Positions 1 through 8,722 of a stretch of 33,757 bases of DNA are shown one piece after another. The position numbers and the translations under genes are program-made. This stretch comes from Eubacteriales bacterium. GTDB lineage: Bacteria > Bacillota > Clostridia > Oscillospirales > CAG-272. The notes beneath the pieces were generated by a model. It saw only the letters and a program-made list of their open reading frames with translations. It did no database searches and was not told where the DNA came from. How positions within the stretch are numbered: the stretch's first letter is position 1; each line of letters starts with the position of its first letter. Location of the stretch: assembly GCA_051893885.1 (NCBI GenBank), contig JBJFHS010000291.1, positions 1 to 33,757 of the forward strand. Reading direction: 5' to 3'.

Positions 1-519
1 GGCTCCGCAACCGCATCGTCGGTCATGATCGGCAAGACCATCGGCGAGGGAAAGACGGAATCGGGCGGAAGTTTCACCGACGAGAGCTTTGCAGAGCTTA
101 AAAGGGAGATAAAACACCGCGTCAGCCGTATGCAGATGATATACCTTCTCATGGGAGCCGCGACGGGTCTTGCGATTTTTCTCTCACGTGACTTCATAAT
201 CGGCTTCTACGACATAACCGAGGAGACAAAAGCCCTCGCCGCGCAGTTCATGAACGTGCTCTCGGTGACGGTTATCGGAACATCCTACCAGATGACCTGT
301 CTCACCGGCATCGTCAGGGGCGGAGGCGACACAAACTTCGTTTTCTACAACGATATAATCTTCATGTGGGGCATAGTGCTTCCGTGCTCGTTTATCGCGG
401 CGTTTGTGTTAAAGCTCGACCCGGTGTGGATTTTTATCGTACTCAAGTCCGACCAGATCATAAAGTGCGCTGTCGCCGCCGTCAAGGTCAACAGATACCA
501 CTGGATCAAAAAAATCTGA
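1..519 (+). CDS. MATE-family efflux transporter, C-terminal part (5' end outside the window)
   Basis: Frame 1 is open from nt 1 to the stop at 517-519. The C-terminus is hydrophobic and multi-TM with a MATE-like pattern (GTSYQ..GIVRGGGDT). No credible start lies in the window. Confidence 0.65.
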   Translation, partial: GSATASSVMIGKTIGEGKTESGGSFTDESFAELKREIKHRVSRMQMIYLLMGAATGLAIFLSRDFIIGFYDITEETKALAAQFMNVLSVTVIGTSYQMTCLTGIVRGGGDTNFVFYNDIIFMWGIVLPCSFIAAFVLKLDPVWIFIVLKSDQIIKCAVAAVKVNRYHWIKKI

Positions 520-565
520 TGCGGAAAAACAGTTATCTTTGGTTTTCACTTGAAATAAACAAACA

Positions 566-607
566 AAAAAGCCTCTGCGTGGGTCAGTCGCAGAAGCTTT
601 TTCATTT
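566..607. terminator. Bidirectional intrinsic terminator between the MATE gene and rpsT
   Basis: aaaagcctctgcg (567-579) pairs with cgcagaagctttt (589-601) with one mismatch. An A-run lies on the left and a T-run on the right, between convergent genes. Confidence 0.6.
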
Positions 608-625
608 TTATTAAATGACAGGTCC

Positions 626-889
626 TTACGCCATCTTGTTGAGCATCAGAGTGAACTGGCTCTTCTTGTGAGCGGCGTTGTTCTTGTGAAGAATGTTCTT
701 GCCTACAGCCTGGTCGATCTTCTTTACAGCAGCGGTGTAAGCAGCCTTAGCTTCTTCCTTGTTGCCGGATTCTACAGCAGCCTTGAACTTCTTTACGGCA
801 GTCTTGAGCTGGCTCTTGAACATCTTGTTCTGGAGAGTCTTTGTGGAAATAACTTTAACGCGCTTTTTAGCGGATTTAATATTAGGCAT
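626..889 (-). CDS. rpsT: 30S ribosomal protein S20
   Basis: 87 aa, MPNIKSAKKRVKV.. N-terminus and a Lys/Ala-rich helical body typical of bS20. An SD (agggag) lies upstream. Confidence 0.95.
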   Translation of the reverse strand: MPNIKSAKKRVKVISTKTLQNKMFKSQLKTAVKKFKAAVESGNKEEAKAAYTAAVKKIDQAVGKNILHKNNAAHKKSQFTLMLNKMA

Positions 890-987
890 TCTTTTTTCTC
901 CCTATAAATTTATACGATTGAAATGTCGTATACCAAAGCCGCACACGCCTGAGAGGGTACGCACGCGACAATATCATACACCATTAG

Positions 988-1016
988 ATTTTATCACGAA
1001 TTTTACCGAATTGCAA
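988..1016 (-). promoter_or_regulatory. Putative sigma-A promoter of rpsT
   Basis: On the minus strand: TTGCAA (1016-1011), 17-nt spacer, TGaTAAAAT (-10 at 993-988). Confidence 0.5.
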
Positions 1017-1114
1017 TACCTTTTACAAAATTACAGATAAAAAATATTCCAAATTTTCCGCTCGCCCCGACTGAAATTATGTGATTTTTATGCTGTCGGA
1101 ATTGCGTTTTGAGA

Positions 1115-1143
1115 TTGCGCGCAATATTTTTTTGTGATATAAT
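1115..1143 (+). promoter_or_regulatory. Putative sigma-A promoter upstream of the apgM-family gene
   Basis: TTGCGC (1115-1120), 17-nt spacer, TGaTATAAT (-10 at 1138-1143). Two further TATAAT hexamers follow in the AT-rich leader. Confidence 0.45.
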
Positions 1144-1277
1144 ATGTTATGTATAATGTCATATTATAATTTTTCGCTGCTATAGCTTTTTCTGTTAGCC
1201 GATTATCGTATATTTTTATTTTTACTGCGTTTTCGGCGCAAAATTATACCGCAGCGGCTCACGAAAGGCATCCCGAT

Positions 1278-2510
1278 ATGAAATATTTCATCCTCATCCC
1301 CGACGGCATGGCTGACAGACCCCATCCGGCACTTGAAAATCACACACCCATGGAGGCCGCACACAAGCCCGAAATGGACTCGCTTGTCAAAAAAAGCGTC
1401 TGCGGAACAGTGTCAAACGTACCCGAGGGCATGGTTCCCGAAAGCGACACCGCAAACCTCGCAATCCTGTCCTACGACCCGAAGGTCTACTCACGCGGAC
1501 GCTCCCCACTTGAAGCGATGAGTCTCGGTCTGACCATGAAGCCCGGCGACACCGCAATAAGATGCAATATCGTAACCCTCTCCGGCACATCCGATGACCC
1601 GTACGAGTCGAGAACAATGATAGACCACTCCGCAGACGAAATCACCACCGCAGAGGCAGACGAGCTTGTAAAAGCCCTCAACGACGCTCTCCCGCTCGAA
1701 GGCAGACACCTCTACACCGGAGTCAGCTACCGCCACTGCCTTATCTGGGACGGAGCGGACGACAGATATAACTTTATGCGCCCCCACGACATCCTCGGCA
1801 GGGTGATCGGCGAATATCTCCCGAAAGAGGAAAACGGAGGCAGGGCGTTCCTCGAATACATGAAGCGCGGAGCTGAGGTTCTTGACCGCCACCCCGTGAA
1901 CGAGGAGAGAAGACGCCGCGGACTCAGACCTGCAAACTCGCCATGGCTGTGGAGCCCCGGAAAAAAGCCCGCACTTCCCTCGTTCGGTGAAAAATGGGGT
2001 CTGCGTGCGGCAATCATCTCCGCAGTCGACCTGATCAAGGGCATCGGAATCTGCGCGGGCTGCGACGTGATCGAGGTTGAGGGCGCGACCGGCAACTTCG
2101 CCACAAACTACAGGGGCAAGGCTGAGGCGGCAATCAAAGCGTTCTCCGACCACGACCTCGTATATGTCCACGTTGAAGCTCCCGACGAGTGCGGACACCG
2201 CGGAGAAGCCGACGTAAAAACCGCAGCCGTTGAAAAAATCGACGCCGAAATCCTCGCTCCCGTACACGAATTTCTCGCAAACAGCGGTGAGGACTACAAA
2301 ATCATGGTTCTCCCCGACCATCCGACGCCGATTGAAATCCGCACGCACTCGATGGAGCCCGTACCGTTCTTCATTTACGACTCACGAAACGACGTCAGCG
2401 GCGCGGAAAAGTTCACCGAAGCCGAATGCGGAAAAACCGGAGTTTACATTCCCGCCGGAAGCGAGCTGATGGGTGTGCTCGTCGCGGATGATTCGTCGTC
2501 GAAAATTTAA
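1278..2510 (+). CDS. apgM: Cofactor-independent phosphoglycerate mutase family protein (ApgM type, also called 'proposed homoserine kinase')
   Basis: 410 aa. MKYFILIPDGMADRP N-terminus and the metal-site motifs HVEAPDECGH and LPDHPTP of the alkaline-phosphatase-superfamily ApgM group. Confidence 0.85.
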   Translation: MKYFILIPDGMADRPHPALENHTPMEAAHKPEMDSLVKKSVCGTVSNVPEGMVPESDTANLAILSYDPKVYSRGRSPLEAMSLGLTMKPGDTAIRCNIVTLSGTSDDPYESRTMIDHSADEITTAEADELVKALNDALPLEGRHLYTGVSYRHCLIWDGADDRYNFMRPHDILGRVIGEYLPKEENGGRAFLEYMKRGAEVLDRHPVNEERRRRGLRPANSPWLWSPGKKPALPSFGEKWGLRAAIISAVDLIKGIGICAGCDVIEVEGATGNFATNYRGKAEAAIKAFSDHDLVYVHVEAPDECGHRGEADVKTAAVEKIDAEILAPVHEFLANSGEDYKIMVLPDHPTPIEIRTHSMEPVPFFIYDSRNDVSGAEKFTEAECGKTGVYIPAGSELMGVLVADDSSSKI

Positions 2511-2548
2511 CCTGATTTTATCAAATTATCCAAGGAGAGTGTTCTTTT

Positions 2549-3187
2549 ATGCCCGAAGAAGCCAAAGAAAACAAAACCGAAGAAATCGCTGAAAAAGGCG
2601 GGGAAAAGAAGCCGGACAAGAAAAAAGAGAAAACCTCCGCCGCGGGTATGCTGTACGACATCGCCGAAATGCTCGCAGTCACCACGATTGCCGTGATGCT
2701 CCTTTTCGCTTTCGTCGCAAGGCTGAACATAGTCGACGGAAATTCAATGCTGAACACGCTGCACAACGGCGAATATCTCGCGGTATCCGACCTGTTTTAC
2801 GAGCCGAAAGCCGGAGACATCGTCATTGTGCATAAAATCAACGCCGACCCTTACGACAAGCCCATAGTCAAGCGCGTTATCGCAACCGGCGGTCAGGTGG
2901 TAGACATTGATTTCAGCACATGGACGCTGACCGTCGACGGCAAGGTGGTTGACGAGCCATACCGATATGTGGACCCATCCTCGCCGGTTCTGACTGCCGA
3001 CTACCCGTTCCCCATCACTGTCCCCGAGAACGAAATCTTCGTCATGGGAGACAACCGCAGCCACTCCGCCGACAGCAGGCAGATTGAAATCGGCACCATC
3101 GACAAGAGATGCGTCATCGGAAAAGCCGTCGCAAGGCTCTCACCTATCTCCTCGTTCGAGATTTTCAGAAATCCCTTTGAGGAATGA
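2549..3187 (+). CDS. lepB: Signal peptidase I
   Basis: N-terminal TM anchor and SPase I boxes GNSM (Ser), KRVIATGG (Lys) and GDNRSHSADSR. Confidence 0.9.
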   Translation: MPEEAKENKTEEIAEKGGEKKPDKKKEKTSAAGMLYDIAEMLAVTTIAVMLLFAFVARLNIVDGNSMLNTLHNGEYLAVSDLFYEPKAGDIVIVHKINADPYDKPIVKRVIATGGQVVDIDFSTWTLTVDGKVVDEPYRYVDPSSPVLTADYPFPITVPENEIFVMGDNRSHSADSRQIEIGTIDKRCVIGKAVARLSPISSFEIFRNPFEE

Positions 3188-3240
3188 TTCTTTAATAAGT
3201 ACAAAACAACAAAAAATCAACAGATGAAACGGAGGGTGCT

Positions 3241-4146
3241 ATGCCTTCTCAGACAATACAGTGGTTCCCGGGTCACATGGCGAAAACCCGCCGGCTGATT
3301 TCGGAAAATCTGTCCCAGGTGGATATAGTAATCGAGCTGCTCGACGCAAGAATCCCGAAAAGCTCCAAAAACCCCGAAATAGACAAGCTCACCGGCACAA
3401 AACCCCGCCTTACCCTGCTCACAAAGGCATCTCTCGCAAATCCTGTCGCAACGGATTCATGGGTGAGGTATTACTCATCGGAGAACGACAGACGCGCTCT
3501 CGCAATCGACACGGTCACGGGTGAAGGTATAAAAAATATCGCTCCCGCCGTGCGTGAAATCCTCTCCGACAAGCTGAAGCGCTACTCTGACAAGGGTATG
3601 GGCGGAAGGTGCGTGCGCGCGATGATTGTCGGCATACCGAACGTGGGAAAATCGTCCCTCGTCAACAAACTCGGCGGCGGAAAAAAGGCAAAGGTCGAGG
3701 ACAGACCGGGCGTCACCCTGACAAAGCAGTGGGTCACGACGAACATCGGAATAGAGCTCCTCGATATGCCCGGCGTGCTCTGGCCCAAGTTTGACGACGC
3801 GCAGACCGGCGAAAACCTCGCATTCACGGGCGCGATACGTGACGCCATTCTCGACACGGAGGAAATCGCCGCAAAGCTATGCCTGAAGCTGTACAGAATC
3901 GCACCAAAGGATTTCTGCACGAGGTATAAGCTTGACGAAGCGTCGCTTGACGGGCTCGGAGCGTTCGACATCCTCTGCGCGGTCGCGAAAAAACGCGGGT
4001 TCCTTGTTTCGGGCGGAGAGCTGAACACCGAGCGCGCCGCAGCTGTGGTTCTCGACGAATTCCGCGAAGCAAAAATCGGACGGATAACGCTTGAGCTTCC
4101 GCAGCAAAAGCCTTCCAAAGCGGACGAGGGTGAGAAAAATGCTTGA
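3241..4146 (+). CDS. rbgA: Ribosome biogenesis GTPase A (YlqF/RbgA)
   Basis: QWFPGHMAKT N-terminus, P-loop GIPNVGKSSLVN and DMPGVLWPK. The lepB-ylqF-rnhB order is conserved in Firmicutes. Confidence 0.9.
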   Translation: MPSQTIQWFPGHMAKTRRLISENLSQVDIVIELLDARIPKSSKNPEIDKLTGTKPRLTLLTKASLANPVATDSWVRYYSSENDRRALAIDTVTGEGIKNIAPAVREILSDKLKRYSDKGMGGRCVRAMIVGIPNVGKSSLVNKLGGGKKAKVEDRPGVTLTKQWVTTNIGIELLDMPGVLWPKFDDAQTGENLAFTGAIRDAILDTEEIAAKLCLKLYRIAPKDFCTRYKLDEASLDGLGAFDILCAVAKKRGFLVSGGELNTERAAAVVLDEFREAKIGRITLELPQQKPSKADEGEKNA

Positions 4147-4801
4147 GAGTGAATTCGACCTGAAATTCGCGCGGGAATACGGCGTGGTGTGCGGATGTGA
4201 CGAGGCGGGACGCGGACCTCTTGCCGGGCCTGTAGTTGCCGCAGCCGTGGTTCTCCCCGAAAACTGCGCTATCGAAGGGCTCGACGACTCAAAGAAGCTC
4301 ACCGAAAAAAAGCGCGAGTCACTTTACGGCGAGATATGTGAAAAAGCACTCGCCTACGGAATCGCCCAGTGCAGCAGCGGTGAGATAGACGAAATGAACA
4401 TCCTCGCCGCCTCACTGTTCGCGATGAAAAAGGCCGTGGACGAGGTACGCCTGACACTGGAGCCGAATATTGTATTGGTCGACGGAAACCGGAACCGCGA
4501 CTTCGGCGTACCCTCACTGCCAATCGTACACGGGGATGCGAAGTCACAGTCGATTGCGGCGGCGTCAGTCCTAGCGAAGGTCACAAGGGACAGGCTCATG
4601 GTTGAGCTCGACGAAAAATACCCGCTCTACAACTTTAAAAAGCACAAGGGATACCCGACGAAGGAGCATATGCTCGCGGTGTTCGAGCACGGTCCGTGTG
4701 AAATTCACCGCAAAACCTTCCTCTCCTTCCTCGAAAAGGACAGGGACAATCTGTCTCTCGAGCTTGAAAAAAAGCGCGCTGCGGAGGAAAGCGGCAAATG
4801 A
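4139..4801 (+). CDS. rnhB: Ribonuclease HII
   Basis: CDEAGRGPLAGPVV and DDSKKL motifs. I chose ATG 4139, which has an SD (gagggtgag) and overlaps the rbgA stop, rather than the longest-ORF start at 4091. Confidence 0.9.
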   Translation: MLESEFDLKFAREYGVVCGCDEAGRGPLAGPVVAAAVVLPENCAIEGLDDSKKLTEKKRESLYGEICEKALAYGIAQCSSGEIDEMNILAASLFAMKKAVDEVRLTLEPNIVLVDGNRNRDFGVPSLPIVHGDAKSQSIAAASVLAKVTRDRLMVELDEKYPLYNFKKHKGYPTKEHMLAVFEHGPCEIHRKTFLSFLEKDRDNLSLELEKKRAAEESGK

Positions 4802-5211
4802 AAAGCTGCGATATCGGTCTTGCGGGTGAGGAATCTGCTGCGCTTTACCTTGAGAAAAAGGGATACCGAATAGTCGGCAGGCGTGTGCGCATCGGTCACT
4901 CGGAGGTAGACATAATCGCGGAAAACGAGGGCTGCACCGTGTTCGCGGAGGTCAAGACAAGGCGTGCCTACCCCGCGCAGTCGGATTTTTACTCCGCCCC
5001 ATCATCCTCGGTAGACTCAAAAAAGCAGTCCTACCTCATCCGAGCAGCCGAAGAATACCTCAGAGAGCACAACAGCGACAAATTTTTCCGGATCGACATA
5101 ATCGAAGTCTACGCCGACCCGAAAAGCGAAAGCTACCGCGTACTCGACATTATCCACACAGAAAACGCCATAAAAAAGCGCGGCAAATTCTCTATGAATG
5201 CAAATATTTAA
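4798..5211 (+). CDS. YraN-family (UPF0102) endonuclease-like protein
   Basis: GEESAALYLEKKGYRIV..SEVDIIA..VFAEVKTRR pattern. ATGA overlap with the rnhB stop. Confidence 0.8.
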   Translation: MKSCDIGLAGEESAALYLEKKGYRIVGRRVRIGHSEVDIIAENEGCTVFAEVKTRRAYPAQSDFYSAPSSSVDSKKQSYLIRAAEEYLREHNSDKFFRIDIIEVYADPKSESYRVLDIIHTENAIKKRGKFSMNANI

Positions 5212-5318
5212 TAATTATTATTAATTTATTGCAAGGGTGGAGAAGGGGGACGGGACGCTCGTTTCACCCATCAAACTCACATTTATTTTTTTAACACCAA
5301 CAGCCGAAAGGAGCAGAT

Positions 5319-6260
5319 ATGAAATTTTTTGACCTGCACTGCGACACTGCGGACGCGATGTATTATAGTAAGGAAGGATTCAGGTCGAATTCGTGCCATG
5401 TTTCGCTTGACAGGGCTGCGGCTTTTGACAAATACGTGCAGCTCTGCGCAATATTCACCAGACCCGATCTATCCGACGAGGACGGCTGGCAGACCTTTCT
5501 GAAAATCCGTGAAAATCTTCTCTCCGAATGCGATAAAAACGGCGTGGAGGTGCTGTATTCCGCCTCTGACCTTAAAAAATTCAACGAAAGCGACAAAAAG
5601 AACGCCGTAATCATAACGGTTGAGGACGCGCGTATCCTTGCCGGCAAAATCGAGCGGGTCCGCGAAATGTATGAACTCGGCGTGAAGGTCGTGACACCTC
5701 TCTGGGGCGGCAGAACCTGCATGGGCGGCTCGCACGACACCGACGAGGGCCTTACGGAATTCGGCAAGGCGGCGGTCAGAGAGATGGCAAAGGCCGGCAT
5801 TATCCCCGATATTTCACACGCCTCGTTCAAATCCGCCGACGACATTCTCGACATATGCGAAAGCGAAGGCATCTCCCCCGTCGCGACACATATGAACTCG
5901 TACAGCGTATGCCGCCACTCGAGAAACCTGACCGATGAGAGATTTCTGCGCCTTGTCTCACTCGGAGGAATCGCCGGAGTATCGCTCTGCCCGCCGCATC
6001 TCGTCGAAGGCTTCAACCGCGGTGACACTGCCAAGCTCGAAGTAATCGTACCGCACTTCAAAAAGTACGAGGAGCTCTCCCCCTCTCACGTCTGCTTCGG
6101 CTGCGACATGGACGGCACGGGTCTCCCCGAGGGAATAAGCGGTCTCGACGGAATCCCCGCAGCCATTCAGCTTCTCGCGAAAAACGGTTTTGATCCCGCT
6201 CAGCTTGAAGCACTCTCCTATGACACTGCGTACGGCTTTATGAAAGATCACCTTAAATGA
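5319..6260 (+). CDS. Membrane-dipeptidase (peptidase M19) family protein
   Basis: The FFDLHCDT start and the later DISHAS and ATHMNS segments resemble M19 metal-binding segments. SD aaaggag lies upstream. Confidence 0.7.
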   Translation: MKFFDLHCDTADAMYYSKEGFRSNSCHVSLDRAAAFDKYVQLCAIFTRPDLSDEDGWQTFLKIRENLLSECDKNGVEVLYSASDLKKFNESDKKNAVIITVEDARILAGKIERVREMYELGVKVVTPLWGGRTCMGGSHDTDEGLTEFGKAAVREMAKAGIIPDISHASFKSADDILDICESEGISPVATHMNSYSVCRHSRNLTDERFLRLVSLGGIAGVSLCPPHLVEGFNRGDTAKLEVIVPHFKKYEELSPSHVCFGCDMDGTGLPEGISGLDGIPAAIQLLAKNGFDPAQLEALSYDTAYGFMKDHLK

Positions 6261-6340
6261 ATCCGACGCAGGGCATATATTCATGACATAAGCAAAACCA
6301 ACAACATATAAAAATAAAAACCAGAAGGAAAAACAAAAAA

Positions 6341-7825
6341 ATGAAGTATATCAGCACCCGCGATACCCGCACCAATCCGAATGCCGTGTCCTCCGCAGAG
6401 GCAATAAAGCAGGGTCTCGCTCCGGACGGCGGTCTGTACATCCCCGAAAAATTCCCCCAGATTTCCGACGGGGATTTCGACGCCCTCACCAAAATGAACT
6501 ACGCGGAAAGAGCTACATTTGTACTCTCGCGTTTTCTCGACGACTACGATATCGACCTGCTTTACGATGACTGCGAGGAGGCTTATTCCGAAAAACGCTT
6601 CCCAGGCGGTCCTGCGCCGATGCATAAGCTCGACGGGGATATCTTCTCGCTTGAATTGTGGCACGGCCCCACATCGGCGTTCAAGGATATGGCTCTGCAA
6701 ATCATGCCCCGGCTTCTCTCACGCGCGCTGAACATGACAAAAGAGGAAAAAATCATCCACATACTCGTTGCAACCAGCGGCGACACCGGAAAAGCGGCTC
6801 TCGAGGGATACAGCGATGTCAGCGGCGTGAAAATCACCGTGTTCTATCCTGTAGACGGCGTCAGCAAAATGCAGAAGCTCCAGATGCAGACCACACGCGG
6901 AAGCAACGTGTACGTCGCAGCGGTTGAGGGCAACTTCGACGACGCGCAGAACGGTGTAAAGGCTATCTTCTCAGACGAAAAACTCGCCGGAAAAGCCGCG
7001 GAAAAGGGATTCTTCTTCGGCAGCGCAAACTCGATCAACTGGGGCAGACTCGTACCGCAGATCGTCTACTACGTCTCCGCTTACTGCGACCTCATCAACT
7101 CCGGCGAGATAGAGTTCGGCGATAAAATCAACATAGCTGTCCCCACCGGAAACTTCGGAAACATTTTCGCCGCGTATATCGCAATGAGAATGGGACTTCC
7201 CGTGAACCGCTTCATCTGCGCCTCAAACTCAAACAATGTGCTGACGGACTTCATCAACACGGGAGTTTACGACAGAACGAGAGAGTTTTACAAAACCATC
7301 AGCCCGTCCATGGATATCCTCATTTCGTCAAACCTCGAGCGTCTCATATACACCCTCGGCGGCGCGGAAATGACTGCGGACCTCATGGCTCAGCTCAGGG
7401 AAAACGGCAGATACACCGCACCTGAAGGGCTCATGGAAAAAATACGCTCCCGCTTCTCCGGCTTCTTCATGACCGAGGAGGAGACATCGGACGAAATCAG
7501 ACACACATGGGAGAGCGAGAACTACCTCATCGACCCGCACACCGCCGTCGGTCTCGGATGCGTCAGAAAATACCGCCGCGAAACCGGAGACGGGACAAAA
7601 ACCGTACTCGCATCGACCGCAAGCCCGTATAAGTTCGCTCCCGCAGTCTGTGAAGCCCTGGGAATCGAGCACGGCGACGGGGACATTTTCGCACTTCTCG
7701 ACACTCTCTCGGAAAAAACCGGCACCCCCGTTCCGAAACCGCTGTCCGACGCCGCAAAGCTCGACATCCGCTTCACTGAGGTAATCCCGAAGGAAGACAT
7801 GGCGGAGCTGATTTTCCGCGTGTAA
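6341..7825 (+). CDS. thrC: Threonine synthase (long form)
   Basis: MKYISTRD N-terminus and the PLP-lysine motif GPTSAFKDMALQ. 494 aa. Confidence 0.9.
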   Translation: MKYISTRDTRTNPNAVSSAEAIKQGLAPDGGLYIPEKFPQISDGDFDALTKMNYAERATFVLSRFLDDYDIDLLYDDCEEAYSEKRFPGGPAPMHKLDGDIFSLELWHGPTSAFKDMALQIMPRLLSRALNMTKEEKIIHILVATSGDTGKAALEGYSDVSGVKITVFYPVDGVSKMQKLQMQTTRGSNVYVAAVEGNFDDAQNGVKAIFSDEKLAGKAAEKGFFFGSANSINWGRLVPQIVYYVSAYCDLINSGEIEFGDKINIAVPTGNFGNIFAAYIAMRMGLPVNRFICASNSNNVLTDFINTGVYDRTREFYKTISPSMDILISSNLERLIYTLGGAEMTADLMAQLRENGRYTAPEGLMEKIRSRFSGFFMTEEETSDEIRHTWESENYLIDPHTAVGLGCVRKYRRETGDGTKTVLASTASPYKFAPAVCEALGIEHGDGDIFALLDTLSEKTGTPVPKPLSDAAKLDIRFTEVIPKEDMAELIFRV

Positions 7826-8547
7826 TGGCGCTCTGGGCTATAGCGGACCTGCACCTCTCGACCGCCGCGAACAAGCCGATGGACAAGTTCGGTCCGAGAT
7901 GGCAGGGGTACGCCGAAAAAATCGCGAAACGCTGGAACGCGCTGGTTGATGACGGAGACACGGTCGTAATCCCGGGGGATATCTCGTGGGCAATGAAGCT
8001 CGGTGAGGCGAGGGGCGACTTTGAATTCATCGAAAAGCTCAACGGCAGGAAGATAATCGGCAAGGGAAACCACGACTACTGGTGGGACGGAGAGAGCAAA
8101 ATCATGTCCGCCTTTTCGGAGTGGGGCGTGAGATCCGTGTCGGTGCTGCGCAACAATGCGTATTTTGCCGAAAACCGGATCATATGCGGCTCGCGCGGGT
8201 GGTTTGTCGAAAAAAGGCTTCAGGACGCGAAATTCACCTCGGACTACGAAAAAATGATAAACCGAGAGTGCGTCCGGCTGTCACTCTCACTCGACGAGGG
8301 TGAGCGGCTCAGGCGTGAGTGCGGTGAGGACGTGCCGGTATTCGTCTTTCTGCATTTTCCGCCGGTGTTTGAGGATTTTGTCTGCGAGCCGATAGTGAAT
8401 CTCCTGCGAGAAAGAAATGTGGAGCGGTGCTTCTTCGGACACATCCACTCGAAATACACCATTCCGTCCATTTTTGAATACAAAGGGATAAAAATGGAAA
8501 TAATTTCCTCAGATTACCTCGATTTTTACCCCAAAAAGCTCGTGTGA
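7825..8547 (+). CDS. Metallophosphoesterase family protein
   Basis: Calcineurin-like motifs ADLHLS, GDISW, GNHDYWW, LHFPP and GHIH. The start overlaps the thrC stop (TAATG). Confidence 0.75.
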   Translation: MALWAIADLHLSTAANKPMDKFGPRWQGYAEKIAKRWNALVDDGDTVVIPGDISWAMKLGEARGDFEFIEKLNGRKIIGKGNHDYWWDGESKIMSAFSEWGVRSVSVLRNNAYFAENRIICGSRGWFVEKRLQDAKFTSDYEKMINRECVRLSLSLDEGERLRRECGEDVPVFVFLHFPPVFEDFVCEPIVNLLRERNVERCFFGHIHSKYTIPSIFEYKGIKMEIISSDYLDFYPKKLV

Positions 8548-8601
8548 AAGAATTTTCAGCCGCCATTCACAGAAAATTCATACACTTTTTGACAATTATC
8601 A

Positions 8602-8630
8602 TTGACAATTTTGCGCAATAATTGTAAAAT
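8602..8630 (+). promoter_or_regulatory. Putative sigma-A promoter of tig
   Basis: TTGACA (8602-8607), 17-nt spacer, TAAAAT (8625-8630). A second TTGACA lies 13 nt upstream. Confidence 0.5.
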
Positions 8631-8722
8631 ATAAAAAGCTATGCAATGTGCGAATAATCCTCATTGCGCGTTTCACTAAAAAATCATTCAAGTTATATAC
8701 ACCATAAGGAGATTAGGATAAA

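Noticed and set aside
1144-1277. The AT-rich 130-nt leader upstream of the apgM-family gene, with three TATAAT hexamers; checked for riboswitch or T-box features
   Set aside because: I could not see a T-box specifier or antiterminator sequence or any conserved riboswitch core. The leaders of thrC (6261-6340) and pheA (31398-31428) are likewise too short and unstructured for attenuators.
1491-2348. A 285-aa ORF on the minus strand, plus similar long antisense ORFs (for example 18743-19459, 11019-11579, 15705-16343, 26451-26999 and 30078-30797)
   Set aside because: All lie fully antisense to genes with clear family signatures. They have Arg/Ser/Val-rich low-complexity translations and no SD or promoter context. 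They are typical shadow ORFs of codon-biased coding sequence.
4091-4138. A longer 5' extension of the RNase HII ORF
   Set aside because: The extension overlaps the rbgA C-terminus and adds a basic, non-homologous peptide. ATG 4139 has an SD and the usual 8-nt overlap with the upstream stop.
8550-8579. The inverted repeat gaattttc-N14-gaaaattc after the metallophosphoesterase gene, resembling a split CodY box
   Set aside because: It is an AT-only 8-bp stem whose half-sites are separated by 14 nt, unlike the contiguous 15-nt CodY box. It is probably a weak terminator or chance symmetry. It is mentioned only because TTTCWGAAA-like cores recur at 15083 and 16932.
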